Assembly: GCA_964016885.1 (NCBI GenBank)
Contig: OZ024752.1
Location: 25,730,001-25,794,000 of the forward strand
DNA length: 64,000 bases
Origin: Eledone cirrhosa
Taxonomy: Eukaryota
Reading direction: 5' to 3'
Of the stretch, positions 41,494 to 55,468 are shown piece after piece; position 1 is the first letter of the stretch; every line of letters begins with the position of its first letter. The translations under genes and the position numbers were made by a program. Below the pieces are notes generated by a model that did not search any database, was not told where the DNA came from, and worked only from the letters and a program-made list of their open reading frames with translations.

Positions 41494-41586
<93 letters not shown>

Positions 41587-41873
41587 ATATATATATATGG
41601 AAAAGAATGAAACGAAATTTCATTTCTCACTCTTAGTATCGCTGGTACTTAAATTTAAGTATGTATGTATACGTACATACATATATGTATACAGACGTAC
41701 AGTAGTATGTATATATATATTCATACATGCACCCACATATATATATATATGTACGTATGGGTTTACTGAATATTTATTATAATGTTCGGTTTGTTTGTAA
41801 ACGAACAGCCCGAATTAAGCCGTACATTGTCCAGGCAACCATCGTCGCCTTTTTGTTCAACACTGACACAGGA

Positions 41874-41916
41874 ACGATGTACTAGTTTCAAGCTTATTAG
41901 CTATCGTCAGCATCGT
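41874..41916 (-). ncRNA. Minimal type I hammerhead, family H1
   Basis: acgatg CTGACGA t-agct-aata-agct-t GAAA ctag TA catcgt. Confidence 0.8.
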
Positions 41917-41941
41917 ATACCTTCCTGCCAGATGATTGAAC

Positions 41942-41987
<46 letters not shown>

Positions 41988-42027
41988 GATATTAATAAAT
42001 GGAAACTATATTTATAAAACCATATTT

Positions 42028-42090
42028 ATTTCATTATACATATTTCAGGGATACCAAATTAAATTATGGTATGCCTTCATCAGACAAAAT
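42028..42090 (-). ncRNA. Type I hammerhead inside inverted-repeat element 41985-42388
   Basis: attttgt CTGATGA aggcatacca-loop-tggtatccct GAAA tatgta TA atgaaat. Family pieces also occur at 10326-10500 and 17520-17660. Confidence 0.65.
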
Positions 42091-42386
42091 ACAATATATA
42101 ACAGTTTTACAAATAAGCTTTGACGTACCCTTTTAAAATGCGACCATTATTTTTGGAGGCCATCTGGATAGTGAATTGTTTATATTATTTTAATAAGTCT
42201 TAGTGTTGAAGGCATACCATAATTTAATTTGGTATCCCTGAAATATGTATAATGAAATAAATATAGTTTTATAAATATAGTTTCCATTTATTAATATCGT
42301 ATATCTACTCCAAATACTTGTCGAGTGCTTTATATCAGTTATAGAAATATTTACTTGTTGTATCCCAATAATTTAAATAGAACTTT

Positions 42387-42453
<67 letters not shown>

Positions 42454-42544
42454 GTTCAATCATCTGGCAGGAAGGTATACGATGATAACGATAGCTAATA
42501 AGCTTATATATATATATACGTTCAATCATCTGGCAGGAAGGTAT

Positions 42545-42587
42545 ATGATGCTGACGATAGCTAATAAGCTTGAAACTAGTACATCGT
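42545..42587 (+). ncRNA. Minimal type I hammerhead, family H1
   Basis: atgatg CTGACGA tagctaataagctt GAAA ctag TA catcgt. Confidence 0.8.
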
Positions 42588-42597
42588 TCCTGTGTCA

Positions 42598-42862
<265 letters not shown>

Positions 42863-42880
42863 CTTATATATATATATACT

Positions 42881-42920
<40 letters not shown>

Positions 42921-43054
42921 GATATATATACATATACATATATATATATATATACATATACATATACATATATATATATACATATATATATATACTTATA
43001 TATATATATATATACATATATATATACATATATATATATACATATATATATATA

Positions 43055-43110
<56 letters not shown>

Positions 43111-43130
43111 CATATATATATACTTATATA

Positions 43131-43206
<76 letters not shown>

Positions 43207-43304
43207 CTTATATATATATATATACTTATATATATATATATACATATATATATATACTTATATATATATATATATATACATACATATATACATGCATACA
43301 TATT

Positions 43305-43344
<40 letters not shown>

Positions 43345-43347
<3 letters not shown>

Positions 43348-43952
43348 TGGCTGCCAACTCGTTTTCGAGTACGGCCACTACTTTATATCCATGTAGGAGA
43401 ACTCCTACCGATGCGCTGAACGAGTGTGACTTTTTAGTCCAGCCAGCGACTTGAAAACTCTGGTACAAACACTACACTTGTGACAATTATTGACACATAG
43501 TGCTGGGCCCATGGTACCATGTGACGACAAGTGCAGAGAGATCTCCAGATATAAAGCAATGCCTGTGCCGTGAAGCTTTTATAGTGAGCAAAGGCACTGC
43601 ACAAAGCCAGTCCCACTCTCTTAACCAAGATGATATTTACCAAAAAGAAGAACAAGTCAACATCATTGGATACCGTCAGGGTTGCAGGTATTATATCAGA
43701 GTTTTCCTTCTCCTAGAATTCTGCCTTGACAAAGGCTAAGGGGTCATCTCTCCGGTGATTTTGGATGGCCATTGACTCTTAAGAGCTCCTTTGCCCTTTG
43801 ACAGGTTTTGTTTTTAGTCCTGCAGGATGTCCAAAGTCGCCCTCCTCACCAAGAAACCTTGGTGGGGTTGCCAGTTTAGTCGCCAACGACCTGACCATGA
43901 GAGAGGTTGTACTGGGATACATGTTACCAGTAGCACCAACTTATGACCTGAC
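43345..43952 (-). mobile_element. Family A full-length copy
   Basis: Matches 39544-40152. Confidence 0.9.
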
Positions 43953-44063
43953 ATATATATATACATACATACATACATCCATATATATATATACATATAT
44001 ATATCCAGAAGATTGCGTAGGACAGAACAAAGGAGAGACACAAAACAAAGAAAAGAATCCCCA

Positions 44064-44106
44064 GTCACTGAAGAGGTCACAGAATGTGTGACGAAAGAAC
44101 TTTGAC
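44064..44106 (+). ncRNA. Minimal type I hammerhead
   Basis: gtca CTGAAGA g-gtcaca-gaatg-tgtgac GAAA gaac TT tgac. Confidence 0.65.
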
Positions 44107-44258
44107 AATATATAAACAATCATCTGGTTGTGGAACCAACCAACCAACCGGTGTGTGTTTCGTATTGGCAACGTGACCCTCCCAAAGTATACCAATACCG
44201 GTTTCATCACACGTTTTCAGATAAAGAATCTTGCTAAACAAATTCAGAAACGAAATAT

Positions 44259-44438
44259 AAACTAGTACATCGTTCCTGTGTCAGTGTTGAACAAAAAGGT
44301 GACGTGGTTGCCTTAACACCGTATGGCATAAATTCAGGCTGTTTAGTTTGTTTACAAACGAACAAAGCGACGTTATAATAAGCGCCGCTAAACTGATACG
44401 TGCATATATGTATGTGTACCTGTATGCATATGTATGTA

Positions 44439-44471
<33 letters not shown>

Positions 44472-44920
44472 GTGCATGCTACTGTACGTCTGTATACATA
44501 TATGTATGTACGTATACATGCATACTTACATTTAAGTAAGTGCCATACTAAGAGTGAGAAATGAAATTTCGTTTTCATTTTGTTTCAATTTATCGTTTTC
44601 GGTATGCCTGACCGATTTAACTCACTCAATATGCAAATTAGGCTGCTCAGTCGTTAATTTTCATAAGGAAAGTATATACTTTCGAACGTTCAACTATCTG
44701 GCAGATGGGTAAACGGTGCTGATGATAGCTAACAAGCTTGAAACTAGTACATCGTTCCTGTGTCAGTGTTGAACAAAAAGGTGACGTGGTTGCCTTAACA
44801 CCGTATGGCATAAATTCAGGCTGTTCAGTTTGTTTACAAACGAACAAAGCGACGTTATAATAAGCGCCGCTAAACTGATACGTGCATATATGTATGTGTA
44901 CCTGTATGCATATGTATGTA

Positions 44921-44962
<42 letters not shown>

Positions 44963-45016
44963 CATGCTACTGTACGTCTGTATACATATATGTATGTACG
45001 TATACATGCATACTTA
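44259..45016 (+). mobile_element. Family H1 partial tandem (482-bp period) with an intact hammerhead at 44712-44756
   Basis: 44259-44530 is repeated from 44741. Motif: aacggtg CTGATGA tagctaacaagctt GAAA ctag TA catcgtt. Confidence 0.85.
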
Positions 45017-45058
45017 TATATATATATGTATATATATATGTATACATATATATATATG

Positions 45059-45089
<31 letters not shown>

Positions 45090-45382
45090 GTATATATATA
45101 TATATGTATATATATATGTATGTATGTATATATACATTCGAATGATGAAGTAAAGACGCAAATGACAAACCAAACATAGTTGACAAGGCCGTTAAAAGGC
45201 GGAGTAATCAATGGTGTCTTTATTCCGCTGCACACAGCCTCCATCCCGAGGCTCTCTCTACAACTAAGTGTTGTTTGACACTTTAATGCGCTATCTATTA
45301 TAATTTCTAAAGTGACATGCATAATTTAGAATCAATTTGGCATTGCTTTTACATAGTAGACGCTCTTAAATGTGTGTGTGAA

Positions 45383-45470
<88 letters not shown>

Positions 45471-45486
45471 TATATAAATATATAAA

Positions 45487-45542
<56 letters not shown>

Positions 45543-45583
45543 TCATACACACACATACACACACATATATATATATATATAAA

Positions 45584-45682
<99 letters not shown>

Positions 45683-45720
45683 GTGTGTGTATGTGTGTGT
45701 ATGAATATATATATATATAC

Positions 45721-45752
<32 letters not shown>

Positions 45753-46179
45753 TTTATATATGTATATTTTAATAAATATATATATATATATATATTTATT
45801 AAAATAACAGATTAAAGTTTAAGCAAAGAATCGTTTCTGTGCGGGCGTGTGTATTTCATTTTCCCATTTTAAAAATGTTTAATATACCTTATACAATAAT
45901 TCTATAGCGTAACATCTATACAGGTCCAATTATATTTATATATATGATGGATCAAATGCATTACTTTTAATCATGTAGTTCAACTTTACATTGACAAAAT
46001 CTACAGTTAAAGTGCTAGCAATTTATTTATCATAATATCTTCCATGAATGCGTTATATATGCCCATCAGTATATTCGATTTACGTAAGCATTTTGTCGTA
46101 TTGATTTTATAAGCAGTGACTCTGTGGACAGTTAGCCTCTTTGAAACCAACCTGACGAAATTTTACTCAGGATCTATGA

Positions 46180-46645
46180 TTTTTAGCCAAACTCGCTATC
46201 TTCAATTCGGTATTGGTGCCAACCCTAATCTATGGTCATGAATCTTGTTTAATGACTGAAAGAATACGATCGTGAATACAAGCAGCCGAAATGGGGTTCC
46301 TTCAAAGACTCTTTAGAGTGCATAGCTCGGCGATAAGAGAGTGACTCCAGGTAGAGCCGCTACTTCGCCGAAATGAGAGATCACAGATCGGATACTATGG
46401 GCATGTGGTTAGAATGTTTCAGGAATGAATCGCTGGATAGATTTTTACGGGCAAAACCAGCCGGCAGGAGACCCAGAGGTAGACTCCAAGCAAGATGGTT
46501 AGATAACATCCATGAACTTGGTTAGTCTCGCTTGGGGATCCAGCCGGATCAGTTGGAGATGGTTGTTTCTGACAGGACCCGCCGGAAGGAGTGTTTTATG
46601 ACTCCACGACCTCCTCAGGAATAAGTGGGTGAAGAACAAGATTTT
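46180..46645 (+). mobile_element. RTE (Expander/Rex3-like) LINE 3' fragment, degenerate
   Basis: PTLIYGHESCLMTERIRS*IQAAEMGFL...; overlaps 11270-11515 in sequence. Confidence 0.8.
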
Positions 46646-47054
46646 CTCACGTAATTTTATATAAAGTTTAGTTATATCTTAGTAATAAAATAATAATTCT
46701 AGTAAATTCTAGTAAATTCCTCATGATTCCGCATTAATTAAGTGAAGCAAAGCGTATTTCATTAGAAATACGGCCAGGAAAAGTCTAAAATAGGTACGTG
46801 ATCAACGATGAAATCCCAGTAAAAGATTGAAACCAGTTCGCTGATCACTCCTTTTCTCTTCACGGATATGTGCCTAATCTGTTATTGTTGGACTTTGAGG
46901 TACAGTGAATTCGATGGGCTTTTAAACAGTTTCCGCCTACCAAATGTCACTTACAAGGCATGGGTCGGCCGACCTGAGGCTATGGTAAATGACATTTGCC
47001 CAAGATGTTACGCATTGGGATGGACTCCGAAATTTAATGATTGCGATGTTTGTA

Positions 47055-47420
47055 TTTCATAGAAAATTATGCTCTATAGAAGGTTGTGCTCTATAGAAGG
47101 TTGTGCTTTATAGAAGGTTTTGTTTCATAGAAGGTTTTGTTTCATAGAAGGTTGCGCTTTATAGACGGGTTTGTTTCATAGAAGGTTGCGCTTTATAGAA
47201 GGTTTTGTTTCATAGAAGGTTGCGCTTTATAGACGGGTTTGTTTCATAGAAGGTTGCGCTTTATAGAAGGTTTTGTTTCATAGAAGGTTGCGCTTTATAG
47301 AAGGTTTTGTTTCATAGAAGGTTGTGCTCTATAGAAAGCTGTGCTCTATATAACGTTGTGCTTTATAGAAGGCTGTGCTTTATAGAAGGTTGTGCTTTAT
47401 AGAAGGTTGTGCTCTATAGA
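47055..47420. repeat. 17-bp minisatellite (ATAGAAGGTTGTGCTTT variants)
   Basis: About 21 tandem units with alternating GCGCTTT/TTGTTTC variants. Confidence 0.95.
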
Positions 47421-47872
47421 CATTACCCGTTTAGTCACATATTTAGTTGCGCGTCGCAATTTTTGAACAGCGTCTTTGGCTAATGACTTTTAAAATGGCT
47501 ACGGACTGGTTCACGACATTTCTGACGACGTCAGAAACAAGGGACTACCATTGAAATGTTCAGGTTCTTGCTAATGTCGTTGTTGTAGTTGTAACCCGAA
47601 TACAAGTTCAAAGTGTAAATAGCAGAATGGATTGAACTTGAGTTGACTGGAGATTTGAAACTTCTAGAGAGTACTTGGTCATGAGAGCTGTGCCTGGTGG
47701 GCAAGTCTGGTCAATGAGTAATTTCTATTCCATTCAGAATAGGGCTCCACATCAAAGACGCTGCTCCGTTTAAATATCTCATCAATTCCTCCGCCGATGT
47801 ATACGCATACGCACGCACACATACATACAATTATATCTTATATATAATTGGCAAGATATATATATCTTGTAG

Positions 47873-47926
<54 letters not shown>

Positions 47927-47934
47927 CTATAGCC

Positions 47935-48088
<154 letters not shown>

Positions 48089-48495
48089 GTATATATATAT
48101 ATGTATATGTGTGTTTGTGATGTTGTGTGTGTGTTTGTAAACATGAATATTCAGCTTGTTTTCACTATCACTGCAAAGGAAGCTATTCTGGGACACTGGC
48201 TTATATGTATGTGTGTATATATGTATCAGTGTAAGTATATATATATATATAAATATACACACACAAGTGTATCAAAGTAAACTTTCGTTAATGCTAAAAA
48301 TGCTTATGAATGCATGTTTATATAGTTAGTGCATTTGTATATGTTGTGTATGCGTATGATGTCTTGATTATGTGCATGTGCACACTTGTGCGCGCGTATA
48401 TTGTGTTTATATGTGTTTATATGCATGTGTGGGCGTGTATGTGTGAGCGTGTTTGTGTGAGTGAGTGAGTGTTTGTGTGTCTGTGTGTGAGCGTG

Positions 48496-48544
<49 letters not shown>

Positions 48545-49165
48545 CGGGCTGTTTTCTTATTACGCATATGTATTTGTCTGGACTGTGTGTGTATGTAAAT
48601 GTAATTGTGAGTTGGAGTGTGTAAAATGTTTGGGTCGGGTATTGCAAGCTGCCTTTGAAGTCGAAATCCCTTTATTTTTTAGTAAAATGATGCATAAGTC
48701 TCCCCTACTCCATCCTACTCCCTATTCATTCTCCTGTTCCTCCTCCGCATCACTCTTTGTTCTACCTCTTCCCGCAATAGGGAGTCGGAACCATGTTCAG
48801 TAGCAAGTACCCTGCAGTGACTCACACACAATACAGGAAGAATGAAACGAGTCAGACGTATGTATAGGGTGGAGTAGAAATTAGAGGGTAGAAACTGTCT
48901 GCGTGTGTGCAGGAGAGAGAGAGAGAGACAGACAAGGAGAGAGAGGGAGAGAGAAAGACAGAGAGAGGCAGAGACACAGAGAGAAAGATAGATAGATAGA
49001 TAGATAGAGAAAGAGAAAGACAGACAGAGACACAGGGAGAAAGATAGATAGATAGATAGAGAGAGAGAGATATTAATATACATTCACGCACACACATATG
49101 CATATTTATACACATATATATGTATATGTGTGTTTGTATGTGTATGTGCAAATACACACACACAC

Positions 49166-49199
<34 letters not shown>

Positions 49200-49474
49200 C
49201 GTGTGTGTGCATGTATGTCTATAATGCATTTACTCGTATGAAAAAGTAAACCACAGTTCTTCACGGACAACAAGTCAATATCTGTGAATCAAGGTATTCT
49301 ATCCTAAACATAGATGTTACAACGAGGAAATTAATTTTTCTGTGCTATTATGTTCTTATGTACGCATCAAAACACACCTCCTACTAAATACTTCACTGAA
49401 ATATTATAAATAAGTCCGCAACTCTATTATAAACACCAGAAGCTACACGCAATGTTGACCTGCATTATATAGAT

Positions 49475-49852
49475 AGGGCTGTGAATTGGCAGTATCGGTA
49501 GAGATTTGGCTGCCATACTTTCTATCATAGTTACCTCCCTTTACGGTCTGAGTTCAAATCCCGTCGAAGTTAACTTTGCCTTTCATCCTTACGAGGTCGA
49601 TAAAATAAAGTATCAGTGATGCACTGAGGCATCGCTGGCCTTGTGCCATAAGTAGAAACTCTAAGGGCGGAGGATTGACAGTATTGGTAGAGGGTCGGAC
49701 GCCATGCTTTCTAGCATAGTTACGTCCCTTTATAGTATGAGTTCAAATCACGTCGAGGTTAACTTTGTCTTTCATCTTTGCGGGATCGATAAAATAAAGT
49801 ACCAATAATGTACTGGGTAATGGCTGGCCTTGTGCCAAAAGTAGAAACAATT
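49475..49852 (+). mobile_element. Two head-to-tail tRNA-type SINE copies
   Basis: A- and B-box-like motifs and tail GGCCTTGTGCCA.AAGTAGAAAC, each present twice. Confidence 0.8.
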
Positions 49853-50314
49853 ATATAGATAAACCGTTGTTCATGAAACCAGTAGGTTATTCAGGAGCAA
49901 TGGTTTAAAAATCATAATAAAAAAAAACGATACGGTTTTTCGTAGCCACGAAGAAAACGTTTTGGGATGAGTTAATGAGAGCTGGGTTGGAGTACGGAAT
50001 CGTAAATAAATATATTGGTTTACCTTTATGAAGGGATAGGGGGAGGAAAGTTTGTTGACCTCCTTGTGGTGAACCCTAGAAATTGATCTCTGATCTGGAT
50101 CAGGCAAACGACAACAAACTGAGCTCAACTCATATGCAAGAAAAGAAGACCTTTAAGAAGCTAAGGAATACATAGCATAACTCTACCTTCTACAAACACA
50201 TATGTATACATATATATAAATACACATGCATGTACATACATACATACGTGCATACATACATACATACATACATACATACATACATACATACATACATACA
50301 TACATACATACACA

Positions 50315-50648
50315 TTTTGAGAAGCAGAAAGAACACAACTAGTTAGGAAATTACAAGTACAATCCATTAATGGAACAGTAAAAATATGTAAAACATTCCA
50401 AAAATGTTGCATCTAATAACTGCATATACACATGTACAGATACAAAGCGTATGTACATGCACACATACAACTCAAAACATCCACATCCACACATACAATA
50501 ACACCCATACCTTCACACACATGCATGCAGACATGCATACATATCTACCTGGTTGATGTGTAAATTCCAATGAGAGAGTCTTGTAACTATGCTAGAAACC
50601 GACTCTCTCTATTGGCAAACATTTGTGAAATTATAAAATCAGAAGAAC
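50315..50648 (+). mobile_element. Second, shorter 3' copy of the R4/Dong-like element in (CATA)n
   Basis: Matches 39210-39530, with (CATA)n on both sides. Confidence 0.85.
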
Positions 50649-50662
50649 ATACATACATACAT

Positions 50663-51010
50663 GATGATGACTGCCCTCTCGTTATCGAGTATGGCCATTG
50701 CGCGATATAAAATTATTAATAATTATCAATTAATGCTATCGTGCAATGCTTGTGCGTGAAGATTTTTTTAAAAGTGAGGAAAGACTGTGCACAGAGCCAA
50801 TCCCACTCTCTGAGCGACAGTAGCTATAACCCGAAAAGAAGAAAAGATCAACATCATCGGTAACTACTGAGCCGCAGGTTTTATGTCGGAGTTATCCCAG
50901 TTTCTTTCTCCTAGAAAAATGCTCTGACATAGGCTAGGGGTCATTCACTCCAGTGGTTTAACCGTGCGATCGGGTATCCAGCCCGATTATTTCTATGTCC
51001 CCGTGCTTAA
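50663..51010 (-). mobile_element. Family C (relative of A)
   Basis: Shared core; paralog of 55165-55468 and 35531-35787. Confidence 0.75.
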
Positions 51011-51165
51011 ACATACACATGCATACATGTACATACATACATACATCTATCTATAATATTATAAAGCTGAGCGTCGCATGTATGTATTATGTATGTATGT
51101 ATGTATGTATCCTACACACCTCCCTATAGTTTCTTAGCTTTACTTTCTCCGTCGCTCTTCCCTCT

Positions 51166-51365
51166 NNNNNNNNNNNNNNNNNNNNNNNNNNNNNNNNNNN
51201 NNNNNNNNNNNNNNNNNNNNNNNNNNNNNNNNNNNNNNNNNNNNNNNNNNNNNNNNNNNNNNNNNNNNNNNNNNNNNNNNNNNNNNNNNNNNNNNNNNNN
51301 NNNNNNNNNNNNNNNNNNNNNNNNNNNNNNNNNNNNNNNNNNNNNNNNNNNNNNNNNNNNNNNNN
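51166..51365. other. Assembly gap (200 N)
   Basis: Run of n. Confidence 1.
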
Positions 51366-51369
51366 AATA

Positions 51370-51415
<46 letters not shown>

Positions 51416-51494
51416 GCAATAATAATAATAACGACAACAACAATAATAATATACATATTCATATATATATACACACACACGCACGCACATAAGC

Positions 51495-51532
<38 letters not shown>

Positions 51533-51540
51533 GATAGCAA

Positions 51541-54500
51541 CTAACAGTGCTGCGATCGAATGTGGCTTTTTAGCCCAGCCAATGATCCAAAATGTCTTGC
51601 ACAGAGTCGGCAACCAAAACATTTACTGGGAATAGTCGGCTGTGGTTGGAGTTCGTGTACTTTTGCATGTCGCTTGAGTCCTCCTGCTGATTTACATTCT
51701 CTACCACATGTTTGGCAAGCATGATGAGTAGCATCTCCAACAGCAGCCTGGTAGTCAACCACTGGTCTTACTTTATGACTGCGAAGATGACTTTCGAGTC
51801 CAGCTTTGCTTAGGCAGAGTCTCGCACAGACGCTGCATGTCAGAAACATAGGAGGACCCTCGCCGTCTGGAAGTGCAACAGCAATACCCTTCCTCACGTC
51901 CCGCTTTACTTTCTCGTGTGCGATTCGAGATGCCTCAAAGGCAACTTTTCCCTCATATACAGTCTTTCTCCATTTATTACGATCAGCAGCAATATTTTCC
52001 CATGTATCAGCAGAGATGTTAGCGTCTTTCAGAGAGGCCTTCAAGGAATCCTTATACCTCTTTTTTGGTTTATGTGGCGGTCGTTTTCCTTTAACCAACT
52101 CTCCATAGAAGAGTTGTTTTGGTATTCTAGAATCCTTCATCCTGGCAAGGTGACCACTCCAACGGAGTCGCTGCTTAAGCACAAGAGCTTCTATACTGTC
52201 ACACATAGAGCTTTCCAAAATCTCGACATCACTGATGTGGTCCCTCCAGCGAACGCCATGTATCCGTCTGAGACACATCTGATGGAAACGCTCCAATTGC
52301 TTAAGGTGGCGTCGATATGTGACCCAGGTCTCGCAGGCATAAAGAAGACAAGAGAGTACACATGCCCTGTACACCTTTACCTTTGTCCTCCTGCATATGT
52401 CTCGCCGACCCCAGAGTCGCCTTTCTAGCTTTCCGAAAGCATCACTTGCTTTCCTAATCCTAAGTGAGATTTCACTGTCAAGGTTGCCGTATCGATTGAC
52501 AGTGCTTCCCAGGTAGACAAACTGATCAACCACTCCAAGTCGTCCTGCCATACACATAGATGTTTGGTTCAGTGTACTGCCTACCAGGTGCAGGTTGGTA
52601 CATGACGACGGTTTTCTTGAGACTGACAGTCAAACCCAGGGCAGTGCAAGCGTCAGAAAATACATTCAAAATGTGCTGCATATCACTCTCTGTGTGCGCT
52701 ACAAGATCGCAATCATCTGCATACAAGAGGTCTCTTATGACTGATGTAAATACTTTTGTCTTCGCAGCAAAGCGCCTGATGTTAAATATGCTGCCTGAGG
52801 TTCGATATCGGATGTAAACACCATGCTCGCAATTCCTGAATGCAATACAGAAAACCATTGCAAAGTATATGGCAAACAGGGTCGGTGCTGGAATATCCCC
52901 CTGTTTCACTCCATTTTTTACTGAGATAGGCTCCGACATGTTACCTCCGACATTAACCCAAGCCCTCATGTCGTCATGGAAAGACCTAACTAAAGCAAGG
53001 AACTTATCAGGGCAACCAAGTTTCTGGAGAACCTTCCATAATGCATCTCTGTTGACAGTATCGAAAGCCTTTGTCAGATCGACAAAAACCTGATACAGAT
53101 CCAAGCCCTGTTCAATGCACTTCTCCTGGAGCTGTCTAGCTGAGAAGATCATATCAGTAGTGCCGCGTCCAACACGAAAACCAGATTGACTTTCAGGAAG
53201 GACACAATCTGCAATGTGTGTCAGCAGACGGTCCAGAAGCACCCTACATAAAACTTTCCCCACGACAGAAAGCAATGATATACCTCTGTAGTTCCCACAA
53301 TCATTCCTGTTACCCTTTCCCTTGTACAAGACCACCATTACTGCATCTCTCCAGTCCTCAGGCACGGATTCATTAGCCCATATCCCTCCAAACAGAGAGT
53401 GAAGATGTTGCAGGAGTCTCTCACCACCATATTGTAGGAGCTCAGCATGTATGCCATCCATTACCTGGAGATCTTCCACTGTTCAGCTTCGAAATAGCCA
53501 CTGCAACCTCCACAAGTGTCGGAGGCTCTGCGAGAGCTACTTTCACAGGACTTTCCGGAATGAGATTGAGGAAATCTTCACTGACGACAGACGGCTGATT
53601 CAAAAGATCATCAAAGTGCTCCCGCCACCTTCGTAGAATTCCCTGTGAGTCACGAAGAAGTTCTTTGCCATCCTTGCTGCGAATCGGTGTCACCAGAGAA
53701 GAAGACGGTCCATAAACCTCACGCAAGAGACTGTACAACAGCTTTGTGTTATTGCAATCAGACGCAGTTTGTATCTCACCAGCCTTCTCACTCCACCACT
53801 GATCCTTCATCTGAGAAAGACTCCGCCTAACACGTGATTTTACATCCCTGAGCTCCTCATGCAACGTATTCCTCTCCTGTGGTCTTGCCGTCAAGTAGCG
53901 TGACAGAGCGCGCCTCTTATCAGCCAACAAGTCATCTATATGCACATCTTTCTCATTAAACCAGTCCTGATGTTTTCTCTGCACCAATCCCAGAACACGT
54001 CTGCCTACATCATAAACCGACTTTTTAAGGGGTCGGCCAATCCTCACCAAGATCTGCAGCCTGCATCTCTTCTTCCAATGTCCTCTTCACATTTTTATCC
54101 TTAAGACGAGCAGCATTCAATCTTTTGGGCAGGGTAACACCAGGAGCCCGGATTTTACGTTTGGTGATTAGATTCACTTTTGCGCGTACCAGGCGGTGGT
54201 CCGTCCAGCACTCAGCTCCACGAAGAACACGAACACACCGCACATCCTGTCTGTCACGCATCCTGACTAGGACGTAGTCCAAAAGATGCATTCCTTAGAT
54301 GCAGGATGCATCCATGTGGTCTTGAATTTGTTCTTTTGTTGGAACATGGTGTTGGTAACACACAGATCCAGCTCCTCACACATCTGCAGCAAGAGCATAC
54401 CATTGCTGTTACACTTTCCCACCCCATGCCTTCCGATTACATTCCATGTGTTAAAATCCCTACCCACTCTAGCATTAAAGTCACCAAGCACGATGACTTT

Positions 54501-55087
54501 GTCTGCCTGAGGGATATTTCTTAAAACACCTTTCAAGGCATGGTAAAAGGACAGTTTTTCTTCATCGACAGAATTCATAGTTGGAGCATACACACTCACC
54601 AGGGTAGCATATCTTCCCTTGTCCAGCGGAACTCTCATGGACATAAGACGCTCACTAATCCCCACTGGGAATTCTTCCAATTTATTCACCAGTACAGTCT
54701 TAACAGCAAATCCCACCCCAGCCTCTCTTCTGGTTCCTTCATCTCTTCCTTTCCAGAAGAATGTATATTCTCCACAAAATTCCGTAAGATGACCATCTCA
54801 GCTAACCTCGTCTCAGACAAAGCCACGATGTCAAGATCGTAACGTCGAAGCTCCTTCGCAACAAGAGCGGTCCTTCGTTCAGGACGCTCCAAAGAATCCC
54901 TGTCAAGCAGCGTCCGTACGTTCCAGCAGCCAAGACTAAATGCCCTGTTTGGCTCTATTACAATGGCACGATGACGGGCGGGCCCAGGTTGTGATAACTT
55001 GGGGCCCCTGCCCTTATTGCCAATGATCTTTTTTGTTCCAGAACCCAAATTGGCAATTATCTCGTTTACATTGTTCTGGAACATCAT
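51541..55087 (-). mobile_element. Near full-length RTE-clade LINE (APE endonuclease, RT, three C-terminal C2H2 fingers) with five frameshifts
   Basis: Six overlapping ORFs: GCWNVRTL, ALSETRL, SVYAPT, GDFNARVG, LDYVL, TDHRLV; RT motifs NYRGISLLS, FVDLTKAFD, GVKQG, YADD; fingers CSVC..H..H, CQTC..H..H, CRLC..H..H. Confidence 0.95.
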
Positions 55088-55164
55088 TGAATTGGGAAAA
55101 AAAAAAAAAAAAAAAAAAAAAGTAATAATAATAGTAATAACAATAATAATAATAATAATAATAC

Positions 55165-55468
55165 TACACTATTAATAATTATTAATGCACTCGTGCAATG
55201 CCTGTGCGTGACGAATATTTTTAAAGTGAGGAAAGACTGTGCACTGAACCAATCCCACTCTCTGAGCGACAGTAGCTATAACCCGAAAAGAAGAAAAGAT
55301 CAACATCATCGGTAACTACTGAGCCGCAGGTTTTATATCGGAGTTAACCCAGTTTCCTGAGATGCCTTCTCCTAGAAGAATACCCTGACATGGGCTAGGG
55401 GTTCTTCACTCCCAGTGGTTTAACTGCGCGATCGGGCATCCAGCCCGATTATTTCTATGTCCCCGCGC
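55165..55468 (-). mobile_element. Family C copy lacking the terminal hairpin
   Basis: Matches 50720-51005. Confidence 0.75.

Noticed and set aside
47055-47420. Regularly spaced repeats resembling a CRISPR array
   Set aside because: Contiguous 17-bp tandem units without unique spacers, no cas genes, eukaryotic context.
50663-55468. Family C copies flanking the RTE as if they were LTRs
   Set aside because: Separated from the RTE by an assembly gap and simple repeats. The RTE is a non-LTR element and family C also occurs elsewhere.
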